From NCBI GenBank assembly GCA_050633745.1, contig JBOEHD010000063.1, forward strand, positions 48,346 to 112,345: DNA of 64,000 nt, given 5' to 3'. Below are positions 36,753 to 44,375 of the stretch, in pieces. Both the position numbers and the translations under genes were made by a program. The notes beneath the pieces were generated by a model. The model worked only from the letters and a program-made list of their open reading frames with translations. It was not told the DNA's origin and made no database searches. How positions within the stretch are numbered: position 1 is the stretch's first letter; each line of letters begins with the position of its first letter. The DNA comes from Acidimicrobiales bacterium (GTDB taxonomy: Bacteria > Actinomycetota > Acidimicrobiia > Acidimicrobiales > SZUA-35).

Positions 36753-38836
36753 GACTGGGACTCCCGGGTTGCGATCAGGCTGCCGTCTGCGGCCACTTCC
36801 ACACTCCAACCCGGTCGGATGACCGAGGTGGTTTCTCGTTCTTCGACCACAGCAGGGCCGGAAAAGGTTGCTCCGGCGCCAAGGCTTGAGCGGTCGTAGA
36901 CCGGCGCCTCAATGGCTGCAGATCCCCGGCCAAAAACCATGGGCCGAGTGCGATTAGGGGTTGGGTCGCCGGTGGCAGGGGCGAGGTTGTCGTCTGGCTC
37001 GACCACGGTTGTGGTGGCCGATGCCGATAGCCGCCAGGTGACCGCTTCTACCGGCACATCGGGAATCGCCATGCCGTAGATCCGGCGATACTCCTCTTCG
37101 AATGCGGTGGTCAGCTGCTCGGCGGTGGCGGGCCAGGCGTTGCCTTCACCGACCCAGATGGTGATCTCGTTTCCCTGACCGGCGTAGCGGGCGTCGACGC
37201 CGTAGCGGAACACCACCGCGTCTGCGGGAACGCCTGCGGCCAGCAGCACCCGCCGCCCCTCGTCTCGGAGTTCGTCGAGCAGCGCATCGCGCTCGGCGGG
37301 CTCGATCGAGTCGACCAGGCGAGGCAACGAACGGGCAAGATCGATTCGTACCGGTGAGACCAGGGTGCCGAACGCGGAGAGCACGCTGGCGTTGACCGGG
37401 AAGATCACCGTTTCCGCTTCGAGCAGCTCGGCAACACCGCAGGCGTGAACCGGGCCGGCGCCGCCGAAAGCGATCAGCGGAATGCCTCGCAGATCGATGC
37501 CCATCTCCACACCGTGCATGCTGGCTGCGGCGGCCATATTCTGATTGACCACTTCATGGATACCGGCCGCAGTATCGATCATGGCCAGGCCGAGCCCGCC
37601 GGCGACCGTGTTAGTTGCGCCTTCGGCGGCCGGCACGTCGAGCGGCATGTCGCCACCGAGGAACGCCGCCGGATCGAGCAGACCGAGCAACATGTCGGCG
37701 TCGGTCACCGCGGGGACGGTGCCGCCGCGGCCGTAGCTGGCAGGACCGGGATCGGCGCCTGCCGACTCGGGGCCAACCTTGAGCAATCCGAACTGATCGA
37801 CCCTGGCCAAACTGCCACCGCCGGCGCCTATCTCGACCAGATCGACCGATGGCACCGATACGGGGAAGCCCGAGCCCTTCTTGAAGCGGTAGGCCCGAGC
37901 GACCTCGAAGGTGTTTGTCAGTTCGGGTTCGCTGTCGACGATCAGGCAGGCCTTGGCCGTGGTGCCGCCCATATCGAAACACAGCAGCTGCTCAACACCG
38001 AGGCGCTTGGCGAACCAGCTGCCAGCCAGGGCCCCAGCGGCGGGCCCGGATTCGACGAGGCGGATAGGGCCTCGGGCCGCGTCCTCGGCCGATACCACGC
38101 CGCCATTAGACAGCATCATCAGTACCGAGCCGCCGAAGCCTTCGGCCGACAACCACTTCTGTAGCTCGTCGAGGTACGGGCCGATGACCGGCATCGTCGA
38201 GGCGTTACATGCCGTTGTGACCATGCGGGGGTACTCGCGGATCTGGGGCGAAATTTCGGCCGAGATGCAGACCGGAACGCCAAGCTCGGCCCGCAGGTAG
38301 TCGGCTACTTTGACCTCGTTAGCCCGGTTGACGTAGGAGTTCAGCAGGCAGATGGCCACCGATTCCACGTCGGCGGCCCGCAGCTGGGTGGCCAGTGCAG
38401 CCAGCGCGGCATCGCTCGGGTCGGTGAGGATCGAACCGTCGGCCGCGGTGCGCTCGTCGAGTTCGAAGGTGAGATCCCGGGGAATCGGAGGAGCGGGGAA
38501 CTCGATCTGCAGGTCGTACATGTCGTAGCGATGCTCGTCGCGGATCAGCAGCGTGTCGCCGAAGCCCTGGGTAGTGACCAGGCCTGCTCGGCCGGTTTTG
38601 CCCTCGATCAGCGCGTTGGTGATGAGGGTGGTGGCGTGGACGATCGGCGCGGTGATGTCGCTCGGGGCTACCCCGGCCTTGGCCAGCAGTTGGGTCACGC
38701 CGGCGCGCACCCCGTCGAGTGGGGCGGCGGGGGTGGTCAACGTTTTGTCGACCACTACTCGACCGGTCTCGCCGTCGAGCAAAACCACATCGGTAAACGT
38801 TCCACCGATATCGACCGCAAGGCGCCAGTCGGCCAT
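36749..38836 (-). CDS. hyuA: Hydantoinase A / oxoprolinase family protein (ATP-hydrolysing subunit)
   Basis: WRLAVDIGGTFTDVVLLD at the N-terminus, an internal FDMGGTTAK, and a length of 695 aa. Confidence 0.9.
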   Translation of the reverse strand: MADWRLAVDIGGTFTDVVLLDGETGRVVVDKTLTTPAAPLDGVRAGVTQLLAKAGVAPSDITAPIVHATTLITNALIEGKTGRAGLVTTQGFGDTLLIRDEHRYDMYDLQIEFPAPPIPRDLTFELDERTAADGSILTDPSDAALAALATQLRAADVESVAICLLNSYVNRANEVKVADYLRAELGVPVCISAEISPQIREYPRMVTTACNASTMPVIGPYLDELQKWLSAEGFGGSVLMMLSNGGVVSAEDAARGPIRLVESGPAAGALAGSWFAKRLGVEQLLCFDMGGTTAKACLIVDSEPELTNTFEVARAYRFKKGSGFPVSVPSVDLVEIGAGGGSLARVDQFGLLKVGPESAGADPGPASYGRGGTVPAVTDADMLLGLLDPAAFLGGDMPLDVPAAEGATNTVAGGLGLAMIDTAAGIHEVVNQNMAAAASMHGVEMGIDLRGIPLIAFGGAGPVHACGVAELLEAETVIFPVNASVLSAFGTLVSPVRIDLARSLPRLVDSIEPAERDALLDELRDEGRRVLLAAGVPADAVVFRYGVDARYAGQGNEITIWVGEGNAWPATAEQLTTAFEEEYRRIYGMAIPDVPVEAVTWRLSASATTTVVEPDDNLAPATGDPTPNRTRPMVFGRGSAAIEAPVYDRSSLGAGATFSGPAVVEERETTSVIRPGWSVEVAADGSLIATRESQS

Positions 38837-39219
38837 CAGCCTTCCCTCAGATCGTCACGGGGCGGGGCGAACACATCGAGAATCCAGCATTCGTCGTACT
38901 CGTCGTCACCGACGAAGATGCTGTCGCCGTGCCAAACGCTCGGCGGCGCAAGGTAAGCCTGATGTTCGTCAAGCACCGTTCTCTCGGCGTCATCGTCATC
39001 GCTCACGATGCGGAAGTCGAGGGCGCCGCGCACGATAACCCCGAGCTGCTCATGATCGTCGTGCTTGTGCAGGAACGAGCCGGTGGCACCGCCCTTGATC
39101 CGCCAGAAACAGAGCTGCAGATTTTCGCCGGTGATAACCCGGCGGCGGAAGCCTTCCCGGTCGGTCTCGACAAACTCGTCGTCTTCAAAGAAGTGGCAGT
39201 ACTGGTTTGCAAGGTTCAT
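38836..39219 (-). CDS. Cupin-domain protein
   Basis: About 127 aa with a cupin-like GSFLHKHDDHEQLGVIVRG...PPSVWHG pattern. Coupled on both sides (TGATG at 38836, a 4-nt overlap at 39216-39219). Confidence 0.7.
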   Translation of the reverse strand: MNLANQYCHFFEDDEFVETDREGFRRRVITGENLQLCFWRIKGGATGSFLHKHDDHEQLGVIVRGALDFRIVSDDDDAERTVLDEHQAYLAPPSVWHGDSIFVGDDEYDECWILDVFAPPRDDLREG

Positions 39220-39704
39220 TCGTTCGTCTCCAATAGGGCGCCGTATTTGCCCACGTCGGCCGCCAAGTCGAGAGGCCGGATGATCGCTTGATGCTCATCA
39301 TCGCCCCATAGATGCGGAGGCACCAGCCACATGACCTCAAATTCCAGGCCATCAGGATCTTTGCAGTACAGGCTCTTGTTCACGCCATGGTCCGAAGCCC
39401 CAGCCAGCGAGCCAGCAGCCCGGAGGCGTTCTTCCATTTCCACCAGTTGGCTCAGCGTGCTGACTTCCCAGGCAACGTGATACATGCCGACGGTTTCCTT
39501 GCCCGCGGCCGAGGGTCCTGCGCCGTCGCCGATGGTAAAGAAGGCGATGTCGTGGTGGTTGTCCGAGCTTGGTGCCCGCATGAAGGCGTACTTGCCTTCC
39601 TCACTCATGATGGTTTTGAAGTCGAGAACGTCTTCGTAAAACTCACGATGGCGGTCTGAGCTCCGCACGTACAACACGGCGTGATTCATGCCCTTTATGC
39701 TCAT
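39216..39704 (-). CDS. VOC-family protein resembling one-domain extradiol dioxygenases
   Basis: MNHAVLYVRSSDRHREFYEDVLDF, HHDIAFF, YHVAWEV and YCKDPDGLEFEVMW (His/His/Glu-type metal pattern). Confidence 0.8.
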   Translation of the reverse strand: MSIKGMNHAVLYVRSSDRHREFYEDVLDFKTIMSEEGKYAFMRAPSSDNHHDIAFFTIGDGAGPSAAGKETVGMYHVAWEVSTLSQLVEMEERLRAAGSLAGASDHGVNKSLYCKDPDGLEFEVMWLVPPHLWGDDEHQAIIRPLDLAADVGKYGALLETNE

Positions 39705-39717
39705 TTGGTTACGCTCA

Positions 39718-40710
39718 TTATTCGGCTCCTATCATCTCGGCGAAGCGGCGGCGCCACTCGACCGAAGGTCTATCCGACTGCACATTGACCAGCCCGGTCC
39801 GACCGAGCGGCAGGGTGCCGGAGACCTGTTCCAACATCTTCTTGTCTTCGGCACCGATGGCTCGGTCGAAGGCGATGATCTCTTCCGGGTCGGTGTTGTG
39901 ATCGTCGTTCCGCCACACCACAAAGGTAAACAGCGAATGCAGATCGTCGACCGGGGTGCTGCACAGCAACAGTATGTGCTCTAGCCCGTCGTCGTAAGCG
40001 ATGGTGCTTCGCACCGTAAACGGCAGGGCAAAGCCGGTGGTCATAACCCGGTGCACCGTTTCTTCCTCGCTACCGCTGACCGCAACCGCTTCGTCGGGGT
40101 TGGCGGCGTCGACCTCGTATCGGTAGCCGAAAAAGCCGTCGGCGAGTTCTTGCAGGCTCAGCTTCGGGACCATGGGGTCTTGGCCTGCGCCGAACGTGCC
40201 GGTGTGAACCCAGGGGAAGTGACTGAAGTCCATGAAGTTGTCGACCATACGGGGGGCCGAAGCCGCCCACGGTTCAACGCCGGTGTTTAGCCGTCTAAAC
40301 GCCGGGTCGTCGTCCTGGGCGATGGTTGGAATCTCGGTGGTCGGTTCGCCAGGGCAAACCCAGATCAGGCCGTACTTGTCGGCCACCTGTTTGGTCTCGA
40401 GATGGGCTGTCGGGGGAATCGCTGCGTCAGGGCCAGACGATGGCACGAGCGTGCATCGGCCCTCTGATCCGAACTCCCAGCCGTGGTAGGCGCACGAAAG
40501 CGTGCCGGCGTTGCTGGTGCCGATCGACAGTGGTGCTTCGCGGTGGGGGCAGCGGTCAGCCGCGGCGATCGGCTCACCATCGGGGCCTCGCCACAGCACT
40601 AGATCCTCGCCAAGTAGCCGAATCGGGCGGGGTGAGACATTGAGGTCGGACGAATCAACGACCGGATACCAGGCCCCTCGCAATGACTCACTTTGTACGA
40701 ATGACGTCAT
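39718..40710 (-). CDS. Rieske [2Fe-2S] oxygenase, phthalate-family / PaO-KshA-VanA-like; first gene of the long operon
   Basis: CPHREAPLS...CAYHGWEF and the iron motif NFMDFSHFPWVH. I prefer the ATG at 40710 (MTSFVQSE), preceded by GGGAG. The track start at 40797 would bury the operator-like palindrome in coding sequence. Confidence 0.85.
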   Translation of the reverse strand: MTSFVQSESLRGAWYPVVDSSDLNVSPRPIRLLGEDLVLWRGPDGEPIAAADRCPHREAPLSIGTSNAGTLSCAYHGWEFGSEGRCTLVPSSGPDAAIPPTAHLETKQVADKYGLIWVCPGEPTTEIPTIAQDDDPAFRRLNTGVEPWAASAPRMVDNFMDFSHFPWVHTGTFGAGQDPMVPKLSLQELADGFFGYRYEVDAANPDEAVAVSGSEEETVHRVMTTGFALPFTVRSTIAYDDGLEHILLLCSTPVDDLHSLFTFVVWRNDDHNTDPEEIIAFDRAIGAEDKKMLEQVSGTLPLGRTGLVNVQSDRPSVEWRRRFAEMIGAE

Positions 40711-40776
40711 GGAGCTCCCGAATCCAACTGCTACCTGACCTACTACCTGACCTGGCGGCCTGACCGTGTGGCTCTC

Positions 40777-40797
40777 TTGGTCTGACCAACTGACCAA
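40777..40797. promoter_or_regulatory. Putative GntR-family operator upstream of the 15-gene operon
   Basis: TTGGTCTGACCAACTGACCAA. It has a TTGGT-N3-ACCAA inverted repeat plus a tandem second CTGACCAA. The 17-mer GGTCTGACCAACTGACC recurs at 42157-42173 beside the GntR gene. The site lies in the 110-bp divergent gap between 40710 and 40821. Confidence 0.5.
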
Positions 40798-40820
40798 GAG
40801 AATATCCTACAATAACAGAT

Positions 40821-41276
40821 GTGCCCGCAACCTCTGAATCGTTAAATCCCGGATCCGCTGCCGCGGTGGCCCGTTCCTACCTGAACGCCTTCACCGACCG
40901 GGATCCTGCGGCCATCGCGGCCCACGTCGCCGATGGCTTCATAAACGAACACACTTCGGCACTGGGCGCTGGTTGCATCGGGCGCGCTGCCTACCTCGAA
41001 CGCTTGCCGGGCTTCTTAGCCGACATGGTCGACCTCGACTACCAAATCGAAGAGCTCGTGGTCGACGGCGACCGAGTGGCGGCGTTCTACACGATGACCG
41101 CTCGCTGGCAGGGCCAAGCGCCCATCTCGGTGCGAGGTGTGCAGCGGTTAGTGATCGCCGAAGGACTGATCGTTCACCGCACCGATTACTGGGACAGCGC
41201 AGTGTTTCTGACCCAGGCCAGCGAAGAGGCCAGATCGGCGCTGGCCTCGTTCGGCGTCAACAGCCCGAGCGATTAG
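40821..41276 (+). CDS. SnoaL/NTF2-like (ester-cyclase-like) protein
   Basis: ARSYLNAFTDRDPAAIAAHVADGFINEH and later IVHRTDYWD, typical of the SnoaL-like fold. GTG start. Confidence 0.7.
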   Translation: MPATSESLNPGSAAAVARSYLNAFTDRDPAAIAAHVADGFINEHTSALGAGCIGRAAYLERLPGFLADMVDLDYQIEELVVDGDRVAAFYTMTARWQGQAPISVRGVQRLVIAEGLIVHRTDYWDSAVFLTQASEEARSALASFGVNSPSD

Positions 41277-41303
41277 CTGAGACTGTCAGCCAACCGAGGG
41301 CCG

Positions 41304-42041
41304 TTAATCCAGATCGTCGACCATCGACTGTTCAACCGAGTTCAGGTGCTCTTCGGCCGCGGCTCGCACGCCGTCGACATCGCCGGCGACAAAGGCGCTG
41401 GCGATCAGGCGATGGGCTTCGCTGGAGTCGGCGATGATGCGACTCACTTCGGGCTGGTTGCTCTCAGCGCTTAGAAGGGCGTCGAACTCGTGCGACCGGA
41501 ACAGCCGATCCAACACCTTGCCGTAAAGCTCGATCAGCAACGGGTTGCCGCAGTTAGATGCAATGGTGGTGTGGAACTGACGATCGAGTCGACGGAACCC
41601 AACGATGTCGAGATCCTCGTCGAACTGCTTCACCAGCGCCTCGACCTCTGCCCTCGCTTTGCCATCAGCTCGACCGGCGGCCAACACGAAGATCGGCACT
41701 TCAAGCACTCGTCTGGTCTCGAACAATTCGGCCACGAACGACTTGCGGTCGCCGCCATCATCGACAACCACATCGGGAAGGTGCTCGGCGACGTACGAGC
41801 GGTTGCCTTTTCGTTCGACGACGCCGAGCGAGAGTAAACCCTGCATGGCCTCTCGGACCGAGGTCCGGGCCACTTGAAAGCGGTCGCTGAGTTCGCGCTC
41901 GGATGGCATGGCCGCGCCCGGCGCGAGTTCGCCCATCGTTATGCGAGCCAACAGCTGGGCTCGCACCTGAGCACTTACCGTTTCCCGCTCGATCGGAGCG
42001 AAGGGGTGGGGTTCAGCCGAGCGAGATTCAGACATCGTCAC
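41304..42041 (-). CDS. GntR-family transcriptional regulator (FadR/FCD subfamily)
   Basis: N-terminal winged HTH: LPSERELSDRFQVARTSVREAMQGLLSLGVVE. The C-terminal helical FCD-type domain has His residues. Confidence 0.9.
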   Translation of the reverse strand: MTMSESRSAEPHPFAPIERETVSAQVRAQLLARITMGELAPGAAMPSERELSDRFQVARTSVREAMQGLLSLGVVERKGNRSYVAEHLPDVVVDDGGDRKSFVAELFETRRVLEVPIFVLAAGRADGKARAEVEALVKQFDEDLDIVGFRRLDRQFHTTIASNCGNPLLIELYGKVLDRLFRSHEFDALLSAESNQPEVSRIIADSSEAHRLIASAFVAGDVDGVRAAAEEHLNSVEQSMVDDLD

Positions 42042-42112
42042 TAGTCACCGTCATTAGTTGCCCTTGCAGGTCATAAGCGCCTTTTGTAGCCCGGATGGTG
42101 GTCCTGGGCCAA

Positions 42113-42132
42113 TTGTCTGACCAACGGGCCAA
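42113..42132. promoter_or_regulatory. Putative GntR operator (degenerate copy)
   Basis: TTGTCTGACCAACGGGCCAA, the same layout as 40777-40797. It lies in the GntR/VOC divergent intergenic region. Confidence 0.35.
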
Positions 42133-42154
42133 ACCATAGCTCCTGATGAAACTG

Positions 42155-42175
42155 GTGGTCTGACCAACTGACCGA
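42155..42175. promoter_or_regulatory. Putative GntR operator (autoregulatory copy)
   Basis: GTGGTCTGACCAACTGACCGA. It shares an exact 17-mer with the 40777-40797 site and sits 16 nt upstream of the GTG at 42191. Confidence 0.5.
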
Positions 42176-42190
42176 TGATAGGTTCGAACT

Positions 42191-42673
42191 GTGAGCGATT
42201 CCATCTACGAACTTCATCCGACAGAACCACGGTGGACCCACATTGCGCTGCGGGTCAAAGACATCGACGCAACCATCGCCTGGTTCGAGGAGTTCACCCC
42301 GATACGTCTCATCGATCGCCGCGAAGACGACATGGGCTACGGCGCATGGCTCGGCATGAAGGGCGAGACCAACAATCCGTTCGTTCTGGTGCTGGCCCAG
42401 TTCTTCGACGGCAAAGACCCGTTCGCCGACGCTCCAATCGCCACGCTCGCTCCATTCGCCCACTTCGGTATGGAATTGCCGAAGCGAGAAGATGTCGATG
42501 CCATCGCCGAAAAGGCCGCCGCGGCCGGTTGCCTTGGCATGCCGCCGACGATGATGCCAGCCCCTATCGGCTACATCACCATGCTGCGCGACCCCGACGG
42601 GAACATGGTCGAGTTCTCATGGGACCAGGGCGTCTACGCCACTCTGCAAGAGCAGTGGGACGCAGAAAAGTAA
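42191..42673 (+). CDS. VOC (glyoxalase-fold) family protein
   Basis: WTHIALRVKDIDATIAWFEEFT, HFGMELP and MLRDPDGNMVEFSW. Confidence 0.75.
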   Translation: MSDSIYELHPTEPRWTHIALRVKDIDATIAWFEEFTPIRLIDRREDDMGYGAWLGMKGETNNPFVLVLAQFFDGKDPFADAPIATLAPFAHFGMELPKREDVDAIAEKAAAAGCLGMPPTMMPAPIGYITMLRDPDGNMVEFSWDQGVYATLQEQWDAEK

Positions 42674-42700
42674 CCAGCTAGCCGCAACTAGCAGCCGCAG

Positions 42701-43354
42701 CTAGTGCTGGCCGAAGGTGTCCCAGTGGGTCAGCTCGGTGGCCGGTAGACGCTTGGCTAGTTTGAAATCGGTTCCCTTGGTGTAGGCCACAGGAAAGAGG
42801 CCGGCCTGGGTGTAGCGGTCGAACGGGATGCCGAGCAGTTCGGCAACAGGTTTTTCGTCTGGCAGGTGGAGCGTGGTCCACGCCGAACCGAGGCCGCGTT
42901 CGCGCAACGCCAGCATGAAGCTCCACACCGCGGGCAGAATCGATCCCCACTGGCTGGCCTGGCCAAAGGTGGGCAGCCCCTCGTCGAGCCGTCCTTCGAT
43001 CAGGGGGATCACCAGGTACGGAGCGCGATGGAAGTTCTCCGACAGGTACATGGCCGAGGAACGCACCAGTTCCTGACGGTCGGCTCTAGTGTCGCCCTCT
43101 GCGTACTCCCGACCCGGTTGGGCGGCGTAGGCGTTGAAGTTTTTGGCGTAGGCCTCGGCCACCGCCTTCTTCTTGGCTGGGTCCTCGATCACCATCCACT
43201 GCCAACCCTGGGTGTTCGATCCGGTCGGCGCCTGTAGAGCAATCTCGATGCACTCCAAGACCAGCGACCGCTCGACCGGACGATCGAAGTCGAGCCGTTT
43301 GCGTACAGACCGAGTGGTGGTCAGGACCTCATCAGCGGACAAACCAAGCATCAT
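42701..43354 (-). CDS. Nitroreductase-family flavoprotein
   Basis: MMLGLSADEVLTTTRSVRKRLDFDRPVERS...ALQAPTGSNTQGWQW. The first 118 codons of the track ORF (to 43708) are Arg/Gly/Pro-rich and overlap tesB on the opposite strand, so I reject them. Confidence 0.8.
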   Translation of the reverse strand: MMLGLSADEVLTTTRSVRKRLDFDRPVERSLVLECIEIALQAPTGSNTQGWQWMVIEDPAKKKAVAEAYAKNFNAYAAQPGREYAEGDTRADRQELVRSSAMYLSENFHRAPYLVIPLIEGRLDEGLPTFGQASQWGSILPAVWSFMLALRERGLGSAWTTLHLPDEKPVAELLGIPFDRYTQAGLFPVAYTKGTDFKLAKRLPATELTHWDTFGQH

Positions 43355-43440
43355 TTTGGGCTCCAAGTACAGATCGGATGGTTCACAGAACAGCGAGTAT
43401 CCTCCACCTGCATGCCTGATGTCGAGGAGAGGGAACGCCA

Positions 43441-44325
43441 ATGATCGATGAAGAGCCGGTGCGGGCGCTACTGGATCAGCTCGACCTCGAAGAGTTGGAC
43501 GTGAACCTGTACCGAGGCCACAACCCCAGCGAGCGTCACAACCAACGGGTCTTCGGCGGTTTGGTCGCGGCGCAGGCGTTGCGGGCTGCAACGCTGACGG
43601 TCGACTCGGACCACCACCCCCACTCCCTGCACGGTTACTTCCTACGCGGTGGCAAACCGGGTCGCCCCATCGTGTTCCACGTCGACCGGATCCGCGACGG
43701 CCGCTCATTCACCACCCGCCGGGTAGTTGCGGTGCAGTTCGGTGAAGCGATCTTCAACATGACCGCCAGCTTCCAGACCCACGAAGACGACCCAACCGAC
43801 TACCAGACCAGCCTTTCGCCGGACATCCCGGGGCCCGACGAGGTCCCCGATCGCACACCAAGGGATGAGCAGCACGCCGAGTGGATGAAGCGCTCCCCGT
43901 TCCAAACCAAGGAACTGGGTCCAGGAAAAGTCGATGAGCATGGTGTCTATTCATCGACCCGACGAGTGTGGTTCCGGGCCAAATCAGCGCTGCCCGATGA
44001 CCCCCTACTACATGCCTGTGCGTTGGCCTATGCAACCGATATGGGAGCGGTGACCGCTGCCGTTGTTCCGGTGTTGGGCGACGAGTGGGTTGAGGCGTTC
44101 GCCAAGATGATGTCGGCCAGCCTCGACCATGCGGTGTGGTTCCACCGACCGATTCAGATCGACCAGTGGCACTACTACGACCTCAACGCCGTCAGCAATC
44201 AAAACTCTCGTGGTTTGATCCGAGGAACCATTCACCACAACGACGGAACCCTGGTGGCCTCGATGACCCAGGAAGCGCTCATGCGTAAACTACGACCGGT
44301 AGCCACCGAAGCCGAACTGGGCTAG
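43441..44325 (+). CDS. tesB: Acyl-CoA thioesterase II
   Basis: LYRGHNPSERHNQRVFGGLVAAQAL, DRIRDGRSFTTRRV and the double hot-dog layout. GAGGAGAGGGAA ribosome-binding site upstream. Confidence 0.9.
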   Translation: MIDEEPVRALLDQLDLEELDVNLYRGHNPSERHNQRVFGGLVAAQALRAATLTVDSDHHPHSLHGYFLRGGKPGRPIVFHVDRIRDGRSFTTRRVVAVQFGEAIFNMTASFQTHEDDPTDYQTSLSPDIPGPDEVPDRTPRDEQHAEWMKRSPFQTKELGPGKVDEHGVYSSTRRVWFRAKSALPDDPLLHACALAYATDMGAVTAAVVPVLGDEWVEAFAKMMSASLDHAVWFHRPIQIDQWHYYDLNAVSNQNSRGLIRGTIHHNDGTLVASMTQEALMRKLRPVATEAELG

Positions 44326-44375
44326 CGGCTCGACCTCTTCAAGCGAGATCACAGACCGCGACCTAGTATCGAGGC

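Noticed and set aside
42181-42190. GGTTCGAAC, which resembles a tRNA T-loop
   Set aside because: The flanking bases cannot form a T-stem, and there is no acceptor or anticodon arm nearby. It lies between the operator-like site and the GTG start of the VOC gene.
43355-43708. N-terminal 118 codons of track ORF 42701-43708
   Set aside because: This Gly/Arg/Pro-rich extension overlaps the tesB gene on the opposite strand. The nitroreductase homology begins at MMLGLSADEV (start 43354).
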